A stretch of 63,168 nt of DNA, filler included, from Octopus bimaculoides (GCF_001194135.2; 7 parts of 4 records of this genome joined end to end with filler, not necessarily neighbours in it), one strand, 5' to 3'. Positions 26,620 through 38,719 are shown, numbered from the whole stretch's first letter. Notes: a model not told the origin generated them from the letters alone. Program-made: numbers and translations.

Positions 26620-26882
26620 TTTTGGATTTGGTTTGCAGGATTCTTTATGTGAGTTCGTGTGTTGAAGCATATTCTGTTGTGTCTGGGGAGAGTCATTTTC
26701 TTTTTGTACCTTATAATTTAACACACTCACCGGTAAAATTTCCACTTATTCCTTATTTTTATTTCCCTAAAATTTTCGTTGCGTCTTGCAACCTTTTCAA
26801 TAGTCTTGAATTTTACCGGTGAGTGTGTTAAATTATAAGGCACAAAAAGAAAATGACTCTCCCCAGACACAACAGAATATGC
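26620..26882. repeat. Interspersed repeat with a 74-bp near-perfect fold-back
   Basis: Arms 26667-26740 and 26809-26882 are reverse complements with one mismatch. Confidence 0.9.
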
Positions 26883-26967
26883 CAATCATGTTTAACCAGC
26901 ATTGCTCCTGTCTTGTGAATGAGAAAAGTCATCATGTTTCTTATTGTTGCTGCTGTTTACACTAGAT

Positions 26968-27900
26968 CAGTGGTTCCCAACCAGGGTCCTTATAACCCCT
27001 GAGGGTCCATATAAGATTTTTAGGGGCCTATACCACAAAATAGTAAATTAGGGATCCACAATAAAATCTTTAAATTTTGCTAATTAGTTTTAAAATCTGT
27101 AAATTTAGTTAAGCTAATTGGTATTAAAACCTTTAGATTTAGTTCATCAATTACATATATCATTGCTATTATGTTAAACTGTTAAATTGTATGTCCAATT
27201 TTGGCCAAATGTGTTTTTTTTTCAATATTTAATTTTGCTTGCAATAGCCGGTTCTTTTGATCAAACTATTGTATCTCCAGATGCTTCAGATGCCAAGGTA
27301 TGGAAATTATCAAAGTGTAGTACAACGGTTTAGCATTTTTTAAAAGTGTAGTAAGTCTTACATATGACAGTTTTGCAAAAATATTTCTGACTGAAAATAT
27401 CATACATGCATGGAGTTACGATTTTATGCACCGAACAAAGTATTATTGTTAAGCTGAAACTGTTGCTATTGTAAAAAAAATGGAATGGTTAAACTATTTT
27501 CCCGCTTTCTGAAAAAGCAACGTTTTGGACTTCGGATACGTTTGCATAATAGCAATGATATGAAATTTTGCTAATCAGTTTTAAGATCTAAAAATATAGA
27601 TAATTAGTATTAAAACCTTTATATTTAGCTAATCAGTTACATTTATGAAATTTTGCTATTCACTTTAATTTAATTTTGCTAAATCTTACCAATTACTTAA
27701 AATTTAGTTAATTAGTTCTATGATTTGTAAAGCTAGCTAATCAGTGGTTTTATAGTCTTAAAATTTAGCTAATTAGTTGTGTTCTCTGTAAATTTACTTG
27801 GTTAGTTTAGAAGTCTATAAGTTTAGCTAATCCGTTTTATAATTTGTAAATTTAGTTGTTAAGTTTCAAATCCAAAAGTGTGACAGTCTAACCCATACAA
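26968..27900 (+). mobile_element. hAT-like non-autonomous element start with an internal degenerate AT-rich minisatellite
   Basis: CAGTGGTTCCCAACC terminus at 26968; repeated GCTAATTAGTTTT...AAATTTAG-like units downstream. The right end was not identified. Confidence 0.45.
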
Positions 27901-29087
27901 GCGTAGAAAAATGGACATTAAAATAATGATGATGATGACAACGTATTGGTTAATGTAATCTTAAATGTATGAGAAAAAAAAAAAAAACAGATGAAATAAT
28001 CGTAGAAACAGTACTATGTGTGGTTTCTTGATCTGCTAATCAGCTACAGTTTCTGTATTAAGGAATGACAGATAAATATCTGTCTCACAGATCACATTTT
28101 AAATTGTAACATTTAAATATGAAGAAACAGAAAAAAAAAAGATAAAAAAGGAAAAGAAAGAAAAAACGGTGGTGGTGGTGGGGGGGTAAAACAGTAGAAA
28201 ATGGAGGAGGAGGAGGATGATAGGCCACACACCCTAGAACAAATGGTATGCTCAGCCATGCCCTGCAGTAATGATCATGATGGTGTTGCCACAGAGAATT
28301 GCCAGTGATACTCAATAGAGCAGTCACTCCACCTTACGGGTCTATCTATCATAAGTAGCTTTTCTTGCAAGAGGAATTGAACTTGGTACTGCTAAGTTGC
28401 TAGAAATAGCAGTCAAATCTCAGTGCATAATTTATTATGCACTAAGAGGAGATTTATAGAGATCAAAGAGCAGATTCATGGAAATCAAAGAGCAGATTTA
28501 TGGATGCATTCTACACGAAGAGGAGATTTATGGGTGCATTCTACCCACATCTACTACACTGGTTTTAACAACTAGTGTGTTAAAACCAGTGCACATGTAA
28601 AGACAGATACACATAGGCACAAGCGTAGCCATGTGGTAAAAAGATTTGCTTCTCAACTACATGGTTCCATGTTCAGTCTCACTGCATAGCACTTTGAGAA
28701 AATGTGTTCTACTGTAGATCCAGGCCAACCAAAAACTTGAGAGTGGATTTGGCAGCTGGAAACCTCGGCAGGATTTGAACTCAGAACGTAAAGACAGACG
28801 AAATACCGCTAAACATTTCGCCCAACGTGCTAATGTTTCTGCCAGCTCGCCGCCTAAATTTGAAACCAATATTCTTTTCTACTCTAGGCACAAGGCCCGA
28901 AATTTTGGGGGAAGGGGCCATTCAATTATATCAGCCCCAGTACTTAATTTATTGACCCAGAAAGGATGAAAGGCAAAGTTGATCAACCTCGGCGGAATTT
29001 GAACTCAGAACGTAAAGACAAATGAAATACTGCTATGCATTTCGTCCAGCGTGCTAACGTTTCTGACAGCTCAAAAACACCAGCACG

Positions 29088-29250
29088 ATACGAACACTAT
29101 GGAAATATACATTATTTACATTTGACGGATATTTGTCCTTATCTTGTTTGTTGTTAACACGTTTTGTCTGATATACCCTCCAGCCTTCGTCAGATGTCTT
29201 GGGGAAATTTTGAACCTGGGTTCTCATTCCTAAGGTAGTTTTCAATATTG

Positions 29251-29292
<42 letters not shown>

Positions 29293-29345
29293 TCACTGCC
29301 TGGAATTGAACTCAGAATCTTAGTAGCCTGGGCTCTTAACTACTG
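29088..29345 (-). mobile_element. Repeat carrying a decayed hammerhead-like motif (29153-29200); partial plus-strand copy at ~29460-29540
   Basis: Minus strand GACAT-CTGACGA-A-GGCTG gagggtatat CAGAC-AAAA-CG-T-GTT; the shared GACAAATATCCGT.AAATGTAAATAATGTA segment occurs in both copies. Confidence 0.55.
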
Positions 29346-29677
29346 CGCCATATGCCCGTGGGCAAGATAAAACTAAACAAATGGAAAAATAAAATAAAAA
29401 TGTTTGTTTGAGTGAGTGTGTGTGTGTGTCTATGTGTGTGTGTTTGTGTGTGTATGTGTTAAGAACAAATAAGATGAGGACAAATATCCGTTAAATGTAA
29501 ATAATGTACATAATTCCTCATCTCTTAAATATAGAACTGTACTATGAAAATACATGTGTATGTAGTAGGTTTCTTTATTACCCACACGGGGCATACATAG
29601 AGGGGACAATACAAAACATGTAGGGACACAAAACAAGATAAAACAAAACAAAGGGAAAAATAAAACTAAAACATGTA

Positions 29678-29719
<42 letters not shown>

Positions 29720-30640
29720 CATGTGTTTGTACCTCCTTGGTTAGATATTACGTGATAGTTGTGAGTGTCACCGTTATACAAGCAGTATATTATTCATCAT
29801 TCGTTCTCAATCTTCTGTGCAAACATGTTCAGCCATGGGAGGAAATATTACTTTGCTTGCAATCAGGTAAGGGTTGATGACAGGAAGAGCACCCAGCTGT
29901 GGAAAATATGCCTTAACTTTGTTTGTTTCTTTCATTCTTTCTCTTTCTTTCTTTCTTTCTTTACCTTCCTTCTTTCCTTCCTTCCTTTCTTTCTTTCCTT
30001 CAAACAAACAAACAAACAAAAAATATATGTAGGAATCAATATATAACTTGACATTTTTAAACATTGTAAAAATAAATAAATGACTAAACAAAACAAAAAA
30101 ATCAAATCAGATCTATATTTGGAAATTTTATTGATCTTTATATATTTTCATTCCTTCCAGGGTTGTTCAGGACGAGGCTATTTAATTGAATTCAATTTCA
30201 ATTCCCTCAAGGAATGTGTTTATTGATTTGTTGTCCTGTTGATCAAATATTCATTTTTTTGGGGTCCTTTGTTCTTTTTATGTTTTTTTTTCATTTGCTT
30301 TATCCATCATAAATAAGGCTAAGGCCATACTGCAGCACCTACATTATTCTTTTATTCTTTAACTTGTTTCAATCATTTCACTGTGACCATGTCGCAGCAC
30401 CACCTTGAAGGGTTTTAGTCAAATGAAATGACTCCAGGACTCATTTCTTTAGTCTAGTACTTATTCTGTCAGGGTTTTTCGCTGAACTGCCAAGTTACAG
30501 GGACGTAAACACACCAACACTGACAAAAAGAAACAAGGAGAGATAAGAAAGAATGTGTAGTGGCTAACAATCTAATATGCATATATATATATATATNNNN
30601 NNNNNNNNNNNNNNNNNNNNNNNNNNNNNNNNNNNNNNNN

Positions 30641-30652
30641 TTAATTAATTAA
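30641..30652. other. Artificial contig-join linker
   Basis: 44 N + TTAATTAATTAA + 44 N. Confidence 0.95.
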
Positions 30653-30939
30653 NNNNNNNNNNNNNNNNNNNNNNNNNNNNNNNNNNNNNNNNNNNNGTAA
30701 ATACGTGTGTGTGTATGTATGAGTATTCATGTGTGTATGTATGTGTGTGGGAAGAGTCTTTTAGATAACACTCCTGTGTCATGCATTCTCTCGCTCAGTT
30801 TAGCCTGGAACATTCTTGAAAATTCTTGAAAATTCTTGCTCCATATCTTCTAATTTGCTCAATTCTTTGACATTCCCTGGTGCTCCCAGCCCATCTTTTA
30901 TGCATTTCTTAGACAGAAGGATGTGTTCGACAAACCTAC

Positions 30940-31064
30940 CTCTTCGAAGGCATTCTTGGGAAACTTGAGCAACCTGTAAACTGTACTTTGATCGTTCGAG
31001 GAAAATACATGCGACATTTTGTAGAAAGCGTTGTCAAGAGATTCAGAGATTTCATATACATATT
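30940..31064 (-). CDS. Candidate minus-strand internal exon of an unknown gene
   Basis: Minus strand TTATCTCCCTTAG acceptor and GAG|GTAGGT donor; two open frames (e.g. EYVYEISESLDNAFYKMSHVFSSNDQSTVYRLLKFPKNAFEE). Confidence 0.35.
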
Positions 31065-32090
31065 CTAAGGGAGATAAATGAGGATTATGATAGTCGAGAG
31101 TCATAATAGCAAAACTTAAGACACATCGTATACAAAATGCACCATGCACAAGACACAAATAGCATTGGATACATCATATATAAGACATGTCATACATAAG
31201 GCACATCATACTCAACACATCATATACAAAACGTATCTTGCATAAAGTACATCATATAAAAGACACATCTTACAACAGATCATGTAACATCAGATACATG
31301 AAACATGAGACATCATGCACAAGATATATCATGCATAAGACACATCATACACATANNNNNNNNNNNNNNNNNNNNNNNNNNNNNNNNNNNNNNNNNNNNN
31401 NNNNNNNNNNNNNNNNNNNNNNNNNNNNNNNNNNNNNNNNNNNNNNNNNNNNNNNTTATTATTACTGTTGTTGCTTTTTCTTTTTCATCCTGCGTTAAGA
31501 TATAAGTAACAGTTGAACACTGACGATCTATGAAATCGACTTACTCCTCTACTTCCTGAAACTGCTGGCCTTGTGCCAAAATTTGAAACCAGTACTGTTG
31601 TTGTTGCTGTTGATATTTGTTATTGTTGTTGTTGCTGCTACTGCTGCCGTTTGAACCACCATGTCGCTGCTTTCACTTCGGATGTAACATTCCACCACAG
31701 TTGCATTCCGTCTTTCTTCCTTTCCTTCGTACTGCAGTCGAATCTTCAACCTTAACGGTTCCAATCTCATTCACACCGTTGTTCAAAGCAAATGTATTTG
31801 ACATTTTCGCTCATAGTGAGGGCTGCAGTGACGAGGGGACACAACCACCGGTATTTTTATTGAAGCCCCATCTCTAGAGGGCTTGCCTATCAAAGCTAAA
31901 GCAGCAATCCTACCTCATGGAACAGACCTAAATCCCGCCAGACATCAACCTGATATTCCATGATCTCTGAGTGGACTTACAGGTGCTACAACTTGACCAA
32001 GGATGACTTGAATGTAATTATGGTTAAAGGAATCCTCATTATATCCTACATCAAGTCTCCACAACCCATGCAGTTTAACATGATAACAGG

Positions 32091-32141
<51 letters not shown>

Positions 32142-32399
32142 TACTTTTAATCTGCATGTTTGTTACAATCACTTGCCGAGGCACACCCAGCATCCTAGGG
32201 CGAGTGAAGGATAAGAGACGTTACAGTATGACTGAAAGCCCTGGGGGAGAGGAAGTGGCAGGGGCAGTAACGAAATATCTTCATGTAATAGGACACAGAC
32301 ATTTAAATTGATGGGGTTTATTCTTATTGTTGTTGTTGTCACCATACTGTGAAGATGTACAAAGTTGGAGCACCGTAATTTCTGAATGTTTAATCAAGC

Positions 32400-33445
32400 G
32401 TATCGACTAATGCGCTTGTAGTCTGTAAGTGAAATATTTTTAAAACGGGAAATGAGAGATCATTCACTAATAGAGTTTTATAAAAGCCTACCTAGAGAAA
32501 ATTTCCCCTTGATCGTGGATTTTGCGAGAAAGAAAATGTCACTCTTTGAGAGCACATATAAATGTGAGCAGCTGTTCTCAAAAATGAAATCTTCTAAATC
32601 CAAAGCAAGATCAAGATTAACTACTGATAATCATCTTGAAAACAACTTGAGAGTAGCCACCTCTAGCATTTCTTCAAACATCGAGATGTTGGTGAAGAAA
32701 CGTCAGCTCCAAATATCCCATTAAAATAAGGTTTCATGGCTATTTGAGGATACTCTTTACTCTCTTTTACTCTTTTAATTGTTTCAGTCATTTGACTGCG
32801 GCCATGCTGGAGCATCGCCTTTAGTCGAGCAAATCGACCCCAGGACTTATTCTTTGTAAGCCTAGTACTCATTCTATCGGTCTCTTTTGCCGAACCGCTA
32901 AGTTATGGGGACGTAAACACACCACCATCGGTTGTCAAGTGATGTTGGGGGGATAAACAGACACACNNNNNNNNNNNNNNNNNNNNNNNNNNNNNNNNNN
33001 NNNNNNNNNNNNNNNNNNNNNNNNNNNNNNNNNNNNNNNNNNNNNNNNNNNNNNNNNNNNNNNNNNNNNNNNNNNNNNNNNNNNNNNNNNNNNNNNNNNN
33101 NNNNNNNNNNNNNNNNNNNNNNNNCAAAGCTTTGGTCGGCCCGAGGCTATAGTAGAAGACACTTGCCCAAGATGCCACGCAGTGGGACTGAACCCGGAAC
33201 CATGTGGTTGGTAAGCAAGCTCCTGCGCCTGAATAAATTATTTTACTGATTCAACTACATTTGTTTTATATTAATAAATTGTTTTGTTCTTACCCTTATT
33301 TTAATATCCTTTTTCTATTATAAAGCAAATACTTGTATAAGCACTTGTGTACATATTTTGTAAGTCTATAATTAGGGCTCTGGCCCGCGACCTTGGCGAG
33401 AAAACTTAATCCAGCCCGCATATAGAAAAAGGTTGCCCATGCCTG
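32400..33445 (+). mobile_element. hAT (Buster/SPIN/GTF2IRD2-like) transposon 3' part with a SINE nested inside
   Basis: EFYKSLPRENFPLIVDFARKKMSLFESTYKCEQLFSKMK...RSRLT.DNHLENNLRVATS is the hAT dimerisation domain; TIR-like end TTGCCCATGCCTG at 33433-33445. Confidence 0.85.
32757..33222 (-). mobile_element. tRNA-derived SINE inserted in the hAT element
   Basis: Reverse complement of the 22770-23190 family. Confidence 0.85.
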
Positions 33446-33457
33446 CTCTACGTTTTC

Positions 33458-33500
<43 letters not shown>

Positions 33501-33550
33501 CATCATCATCATCATTATTATTATTATCATCATCATCATCATCATCATCA

Positions 33551-33621
<71 letters not shown>

Positions 33622-33625
33622 TCAG

Positions 33626-33804
33626 GTAGTAAATGGATTAAAACCTATGCCGTATCAGTTGGAGCAAATTCGATAATCTATAATTCCTTCCTCAAAATAG
33701 GAAGTCCTTCCATTTGGAATGTGGACAAATGCAATGGTATCTACTGTCCTAATTTCTTTCGACACCCATTACTTGATATCTGGAACCATCTTCCAATTGA
33801 ACAG
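33626..33804 (+). CDS. First visible exon of an uncharacterised Trp/Cys-domain gene (SKWIKTYAVSVGANSIIYNSFLKIGSPSIWNVDKCNGIYCPNFFRHPLLDIWNHLPIEQ)
   Basis: TTCAG acceptor, CAG|GTATAT donor, phase 1-0; joins 34639 in frame. Confidence 0.85.
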
Positions 33805-34246
33805 GTATATATAAACACACACAAATATGCTGCATATATTCTTGAAGAGTACAGCAGTAAATTAGCTTATCGATGTATTTATATTAAATGTGAAAGATAA
33901 ATGGCTATTTTAATCAAATACTACCTGCATGGCGTGTAAGTGGTCTTTATTGATCCGGCCAGCTATGAGCAACAACTGTGGTTGTTTGTTCATTGTTCCC
34001 TTATATATCTGGGTGAAATATCTTCTCTAAGCAAGTGGCTGGTTGTGAGTATACACCATTGACAGGACGCCTAACGGGATAGAAATGCATGTATTCGTTT
34101 CACACGTCGCTGTTGGAACGATTTTCGCCTCCCTCCGATACATATTGTGCTTTTAAACACAGCACGTCAATAAGTGATATTACCTCTGTACAAATACTAC
34201 AGTAAATTTGCATATGACGATGTTTTACATCATATCACATACACGC

Positions 34247-34363
<117 letters not shown>

Positions 34364-34364
34364 A

Positions 34365-34592
34365 GGCGGCGAGCTGGCAGAAACGTTAGCACGCCGGGCG
34401 AAATGCTTAGCGGTATTTCGTCTGCCGCTACGTTCTGAGTTCAAATTCCGCCGAGGTCGACTTTGCCTTTCATCCTTTCGGGGTCGATTAAATAAGGACC
34501 AGTTACGCACTGGGGTCGATATAATCGACTTAATCCGTTTGTCTGTCCTTGTTTGTCCCCTCTGTGTGTAGTCCTTGTGGGTAGTAAAGAAA
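34365..34592 (+). mobile_element. Young tRNA-derived SINE (intronic)
   Basis: GGCGGCGAGCTGGCAGAAACGTTAGCACGCCGGGCG... near-identical to 13336 and 55525. Confidence 0.9.
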
Positions 34593-34638
34593 CAACGCAC
34601 ATACACATATATATAAATATATTTGGGCTTTTCTTCAG

Positions 34639-34802
34639 GTAAAACTTGTGCTATACAAAAACCAAGCAGATATTGTAACGATGGTGTTTGATGGCCGTAA
34701 TACAACCCTTCAAAGCTGGTTCTCACTCAACAATCTGAAAAGTTCTCCATGGACTGATCTGATACCAGAGAAAAACCGTCATTTCTCAGTGGCTGGAAAT
34801 GG
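34639..34802 (+). CDS. Second visible exon (VKLVLYKNQADIVTMVFDGRNTTLQSWFSLNNLKSSPWTDLIPEKNRHFSVAGN)
   Basis: CTTTTCTTCAG acceptor, GG|GTATGT donor, phase 0-2. Confidence 0.88.
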
Positions 34803-35585
34803 GTATGTTCTTACAATAACATTATATTGCGTAATTACCTGCATATTCTGAGGTCGAATACCGCGTCGTTTTTCATTTCCTCGGGTTCAAAAACCATGAA
34901 CCAGTGAAATACCGTATCGATGTTATTAACTATATGCCTTTTCTCCAAATTTCCTGACATTCTACCTTCATTAGAAATCAATATTTTTACCTTATCTTTG
35001 ATAAATCTATCTTAAACTGTTTGGGTATATTTATGTCATGTCTAGAAATTATTCAAAGTTCATAGGGGAATCAGTAACTACTGTCTGTCTATGTGTGTAT
35101 TCATTGATCCAAGTTCCTCTGCTTTCCTTTCTTTTTAAGAGTTAGACTAATACATATATTGATATCAAACTTTGGTACAAGGCCAGCAATTTCGGGAAAA
35201 GAGATGCATCGATCACATTGGGCTCAGTCTTTAACTGCTACTTATTTTATCGACCCGAAAAGGATGAAATGCAAGGTCGACCTCGGCGAAATTTGAACTC
35301 AGAACACAAGAATGGACGAAAAGCGGCTAAGCATTTTGCCCAGCGTGCTAACGATTCTGCCAGCTCACAGCCTTTATTAATTCATTTCTTTAAAAATATA
35401 TATTTTTCAGAGCGCAATTGCTTAACAATTATGTGTATNNNNNNNNNNNNNNNNNNNNNNNNNNNNNNNNNNNNNNNNNNNNNNNNNNNNNNNNNNNNNN
35501 NNNNNNNNNNNNNNNNNNNNNNNNNNNNNNNNNNNNNNNNNNNNNNNNNNNNNNNNNNNNNNNNNNNNNNNNNNNNNNNNNNNNN

Positions 35586-35830
35586 NTGTCCTTGAGCAAG
35601 ACACTTTATTTCACGTTGCTCCAGTCTACCCAGCTTGCAAAAATGAGTAGTACCTGTATTTCAAAGGGCCGGCTTTGTCACGCTATGTGTCACGCTGAGT
35701 CTTCCTGAGAACTACGTTAGGGGTACACGGGTCTGTGGATTGCTCAGTCACTTGCACGTTAATTTCATGAGCAGGCTGTTCCGTTGATCTATCAGCTGGG
35801 ACCCTCATCGTCGTAACCGACGGAGTGCAG
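35586..35830 (+). mobile_element. SINE 3' part sharing its tail with 47836-48221
   Basis: TGTCACGCTGA...GAGAACTACGTTA.GGGTACACG...GGCTGTTCCGTTGATC...CGTCGTAA.CGACGGAG occurs in both. Confidence 0.75.
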
Positions 35831-36030
35831 AGAGGTATGTAAATTCTAATGTTTGTGTCTAGTTCTAGTTTCAAGAAATGAAGCATTTGAACGATAGATG
35901 CATTTTGTCGGCAAAATGGTTGTGAGTTTATTTAAATTCGTTACGTATTCTTAATTGATTTTCAACTACTGCAATGTAGAATTGCAACAACAAAAATTCC
36001 TCAAAGCCGTCCTTCCTTTATCCCATACAG

Positions 36031-36194
36031 AAACACACGCCGTTTCTATGTATCACAGGCTCGTTCTTCCTGCTCGTATCACCGTGGTTGGTTGATAATA
36101 ATTGGCGATTTCAAAGGATGTAATTGGGAGAAATCAGACTATTACCCTAAAATCATCTACTCTAAAACGAATTTGAGTACGAAATGGCACGACG
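36031..36194 (+). CDS. Third visible exon (NTRRFYVSQARSSCSYHRGWLIIIGDFKGCNWEKSDYYPKIIYSKTNLSTKWHD)
   Basis: CCTTCCTTTATCCCATACAG acceptor, G|GTAAGT donor, phase 2-1. Missed by the ORF track. Confidence 0.9.
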
Positions 36195-36480
36195 GTAAGT
36201 ATTTCGTTGTCGTCTGAATGTCTATGATCTTGTCTTTCTGACTTAGTCAGAGTAGCATTATCAAAAACATTTATCCACGGAACACTTTTATGATTTTCCA
36301 AAATAAAAAGCAAAAAACAAAATGAAACCATAATTCTATTTTAGGAACAATGTTCACAACCTAACTTTAATTAACATTTGCATACACAAATCACTTTCAT
36401 AACTTTATCCATTCTTTTTCTCGAACAGCTCTTGTTTCCTTACTCTGGTGCTTCAAAGAAATTGGGTGCATATATCATAT

Positions 36481-36813
36481 AGGAGTGGAGGCGCAATGGC
36501 CCTGTGGTTAGGGCAGCGGACTCGCGGTCGGAAGATCACGGTTTCGATTCCCGGACCGGGCGCTGTGCGTGTTTATTGAGCGAAAACATCTAAAGCTCCA
36601 CGAGGCTCCGGCAGGGGGTAGTGGTGACCCCTGTTGTACTCTTTCGCCCAACTTTCTCTAACTCTTTCTTCCTTTTTCTTGAGTAAAGCTGCGATGGACT
36701 GGCGTCCCGTCCAGCTGCGGGAGGGGGGGACAGATACGCCATAGAAACCGGGAAACCGGGCCCATGAGCCTGGCTAGGCTTTAAAAGGGCGCATAAATAA
36801 AAAATAAAATTAA
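36481..36813 (+). mobile_element. Full-length tRNA-derived SINE with a probable 9-bp TSD (ATATCATAT)
   Basis: GGAGGCGCAATGGCCC.GTGGTTAGGGCAGCGGACTCGCGG...GGTTTCGATTCCC head, A-rich tail, flanking direct repeat. Confidence 0.85.
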
Positions 36814-38145
36814 AATATCATATGAGAAGCATGGTCTCCAGGGAAATATGTTCTGTGGTTCACATGTGATACACAGGATAAATAAAAGATTAAATGAGAC
36901 CGATTATTCACAATACCCCTCACCCACCAACAGATATTTAATAATATATATTTTTTAAATAATGCGACCATACTGGGGTACCACCTAGAAATATTTTAGT
37001 CGAACAAATTGATTCCAGTATTTATTGTTAAAGTCTGCTATTCATTCTATCAGGGTGTTTTGTCGAACCACTAAGTTACGATAATTACCAGCTGAAATAA
37101 GCTATTTTGAGAAATATTTGATTTATGGATAGTAAAAAGAGAAAATGAAATACGTATCTACTTCTGAAATAATATATTTTTTTGAAGTGTTTGATTCTAG
37201 AAATGATGTAAATTGCTATATTCGAATTGTTAGGAAGTGTGAAGTGTTAGGGATGATTAGCTTCGAAAACTTTACTCCTTATTATATGCAAATTACCTCT
37301 TCAAACTTGAAATTTGTCATTGATTATTTATAAACATATTTACGCCTAGAAGCGAATCGCTGTAGTAAGAGATACATATGTCACGTGGTCTAGTTGTTGC
37401 TTGAATTGAGCTAGTCAATGATGAGATGCTTAAAACGTATGAATCCCCATTGTCGAAGTAAATGGCTTCACTATCATTGTTGTATGAACATTATATCAAG
37501 ACTGTTGTAGTGTAAAGGTGAAATTTCGTGCTGGGTGCATAAAAAAGAAAACAAAAACTGAAGCAAACGCATGAACATTTAGCTGTGATATTTATTAGTA
37601 AGGCATAATATATTTGGCGTTGGTCGTTTACAATGAACGATATTAATAATTGCTGACTGGGAGGAGAGAATAATGCTTTGTGGATGTAAACAGCTATCAA
37701 TGGAACATCATGCTGTATGTTCGAGCCTCGGCGATCTTTTATTCCAAACGCCTGAAGCGACCTGTCGGCAGACTGGGTCGCTGGGTAATAGATGAGGCAT
37801 GTGAATCAATCGGCTGTTCTCAGCCACAATGGTAGTTTTTATGAGGTGAACTGTACGATTTCTTGAATATTCGAGAAAACCATGTCACGACACAGCCGTA
37901 CACTGATTTGTCAATTGACAGATCGATCACGTGAAATTTTGATGGCTCGCTTCTGGTACGTAATCGTGTATCTAGCGGCTAGGGTTTAAATTACTGCTAT
38001 ACATACAAGTGATTATGATTAAAATTATTGAAAATGTATCAAGGGAGTAATGTCTGTAATATATCTTTTAAACAATGCTTTACCTATAGAGAGAAACCAA
38101 TGACTTCATTTATATATAATATTATTCTGCTACAGTACTATTATC

Positions 38146-38185
<40 letters not shown>

Positions 38186-38216
38186 TATTTGATATTATTA
38201 TTCTTGATACTTCCAG

Positions 38217-38260
38217 AATATGGAGTAGCTGATTCCATGGCCATATTTATCCAGCTGTGA
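38217..38260 (+). CDS. Terminal coding exon (EYGVADSMAIFIQL*)
   Basis: TTCTTGATACTTCCAG acceptor in phase 1, TGA at 38258-38260; AATAAA at 38585-38590. Confidence 0.85.
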
Positions 38261-38325
38261 CGAAATTAACAACTGGATATCTACTGCAATTGTTACCAAT
38301 CCTGAACGTTTACCAGCCCCTAACA

Positions 38326-38361
38326 CTTGTTATGCGCATGAGTGTACATGCGCATAACAAG
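38326..38361. repeat. Perfect 15-bp hairpin in the inferred 3' UTR
   Basis: CTTGTTATGCGCATG-AGTGTA-CATGCGCATAACAAG. Confidence 0.9.
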
Positions 38362-38719
38362 CGCATTATATATGCTTATACTGAATTTTAAATATTTATC
38401 CATATGCAAATATTTATCATAGATCCTATCATTCTTAGTAAATTTCTGTTGTGAAATTATGTACCTCCTGTTCTATTCTTTCGAAATTACGAATACATAA
38501 AAATTATAAATATATTGATTTACTGTAATTTATTTTCTGTTTGATCATTTATTTATTTTATTTTATGCACAAATTAGTATAGGTAATAAATAATTGTAAT
38601 TTTTATAAATTTGTTTAATATCAGCGTATTTAAAATAAACAAACTTTTGAATAAATAATTAATTAAAAATCTTTTTAAATGACCTTAGTAAATTTCTATC
38701 ATAATAATATAAGCATTTA

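Noticed and set aside
24117-33804. Joining segment-2 exons to the 33626 gene (24848-24897 is phase-compatible)
   Set aside because: An artificial linker at 30641 separates the contigs.
33433-33900. 155-aa poly-Ile ORF
   Set aside because: The N-terminal half is an intronic microsatellite; only 33626-33804 is exon.
36488-36560. tRNA-like sequence (also at 47836, 22770 and elsewhere)
   Set aside because: These are SINE heads continuing into SINE bodies with TSDs; there is no clean acceptor stem.
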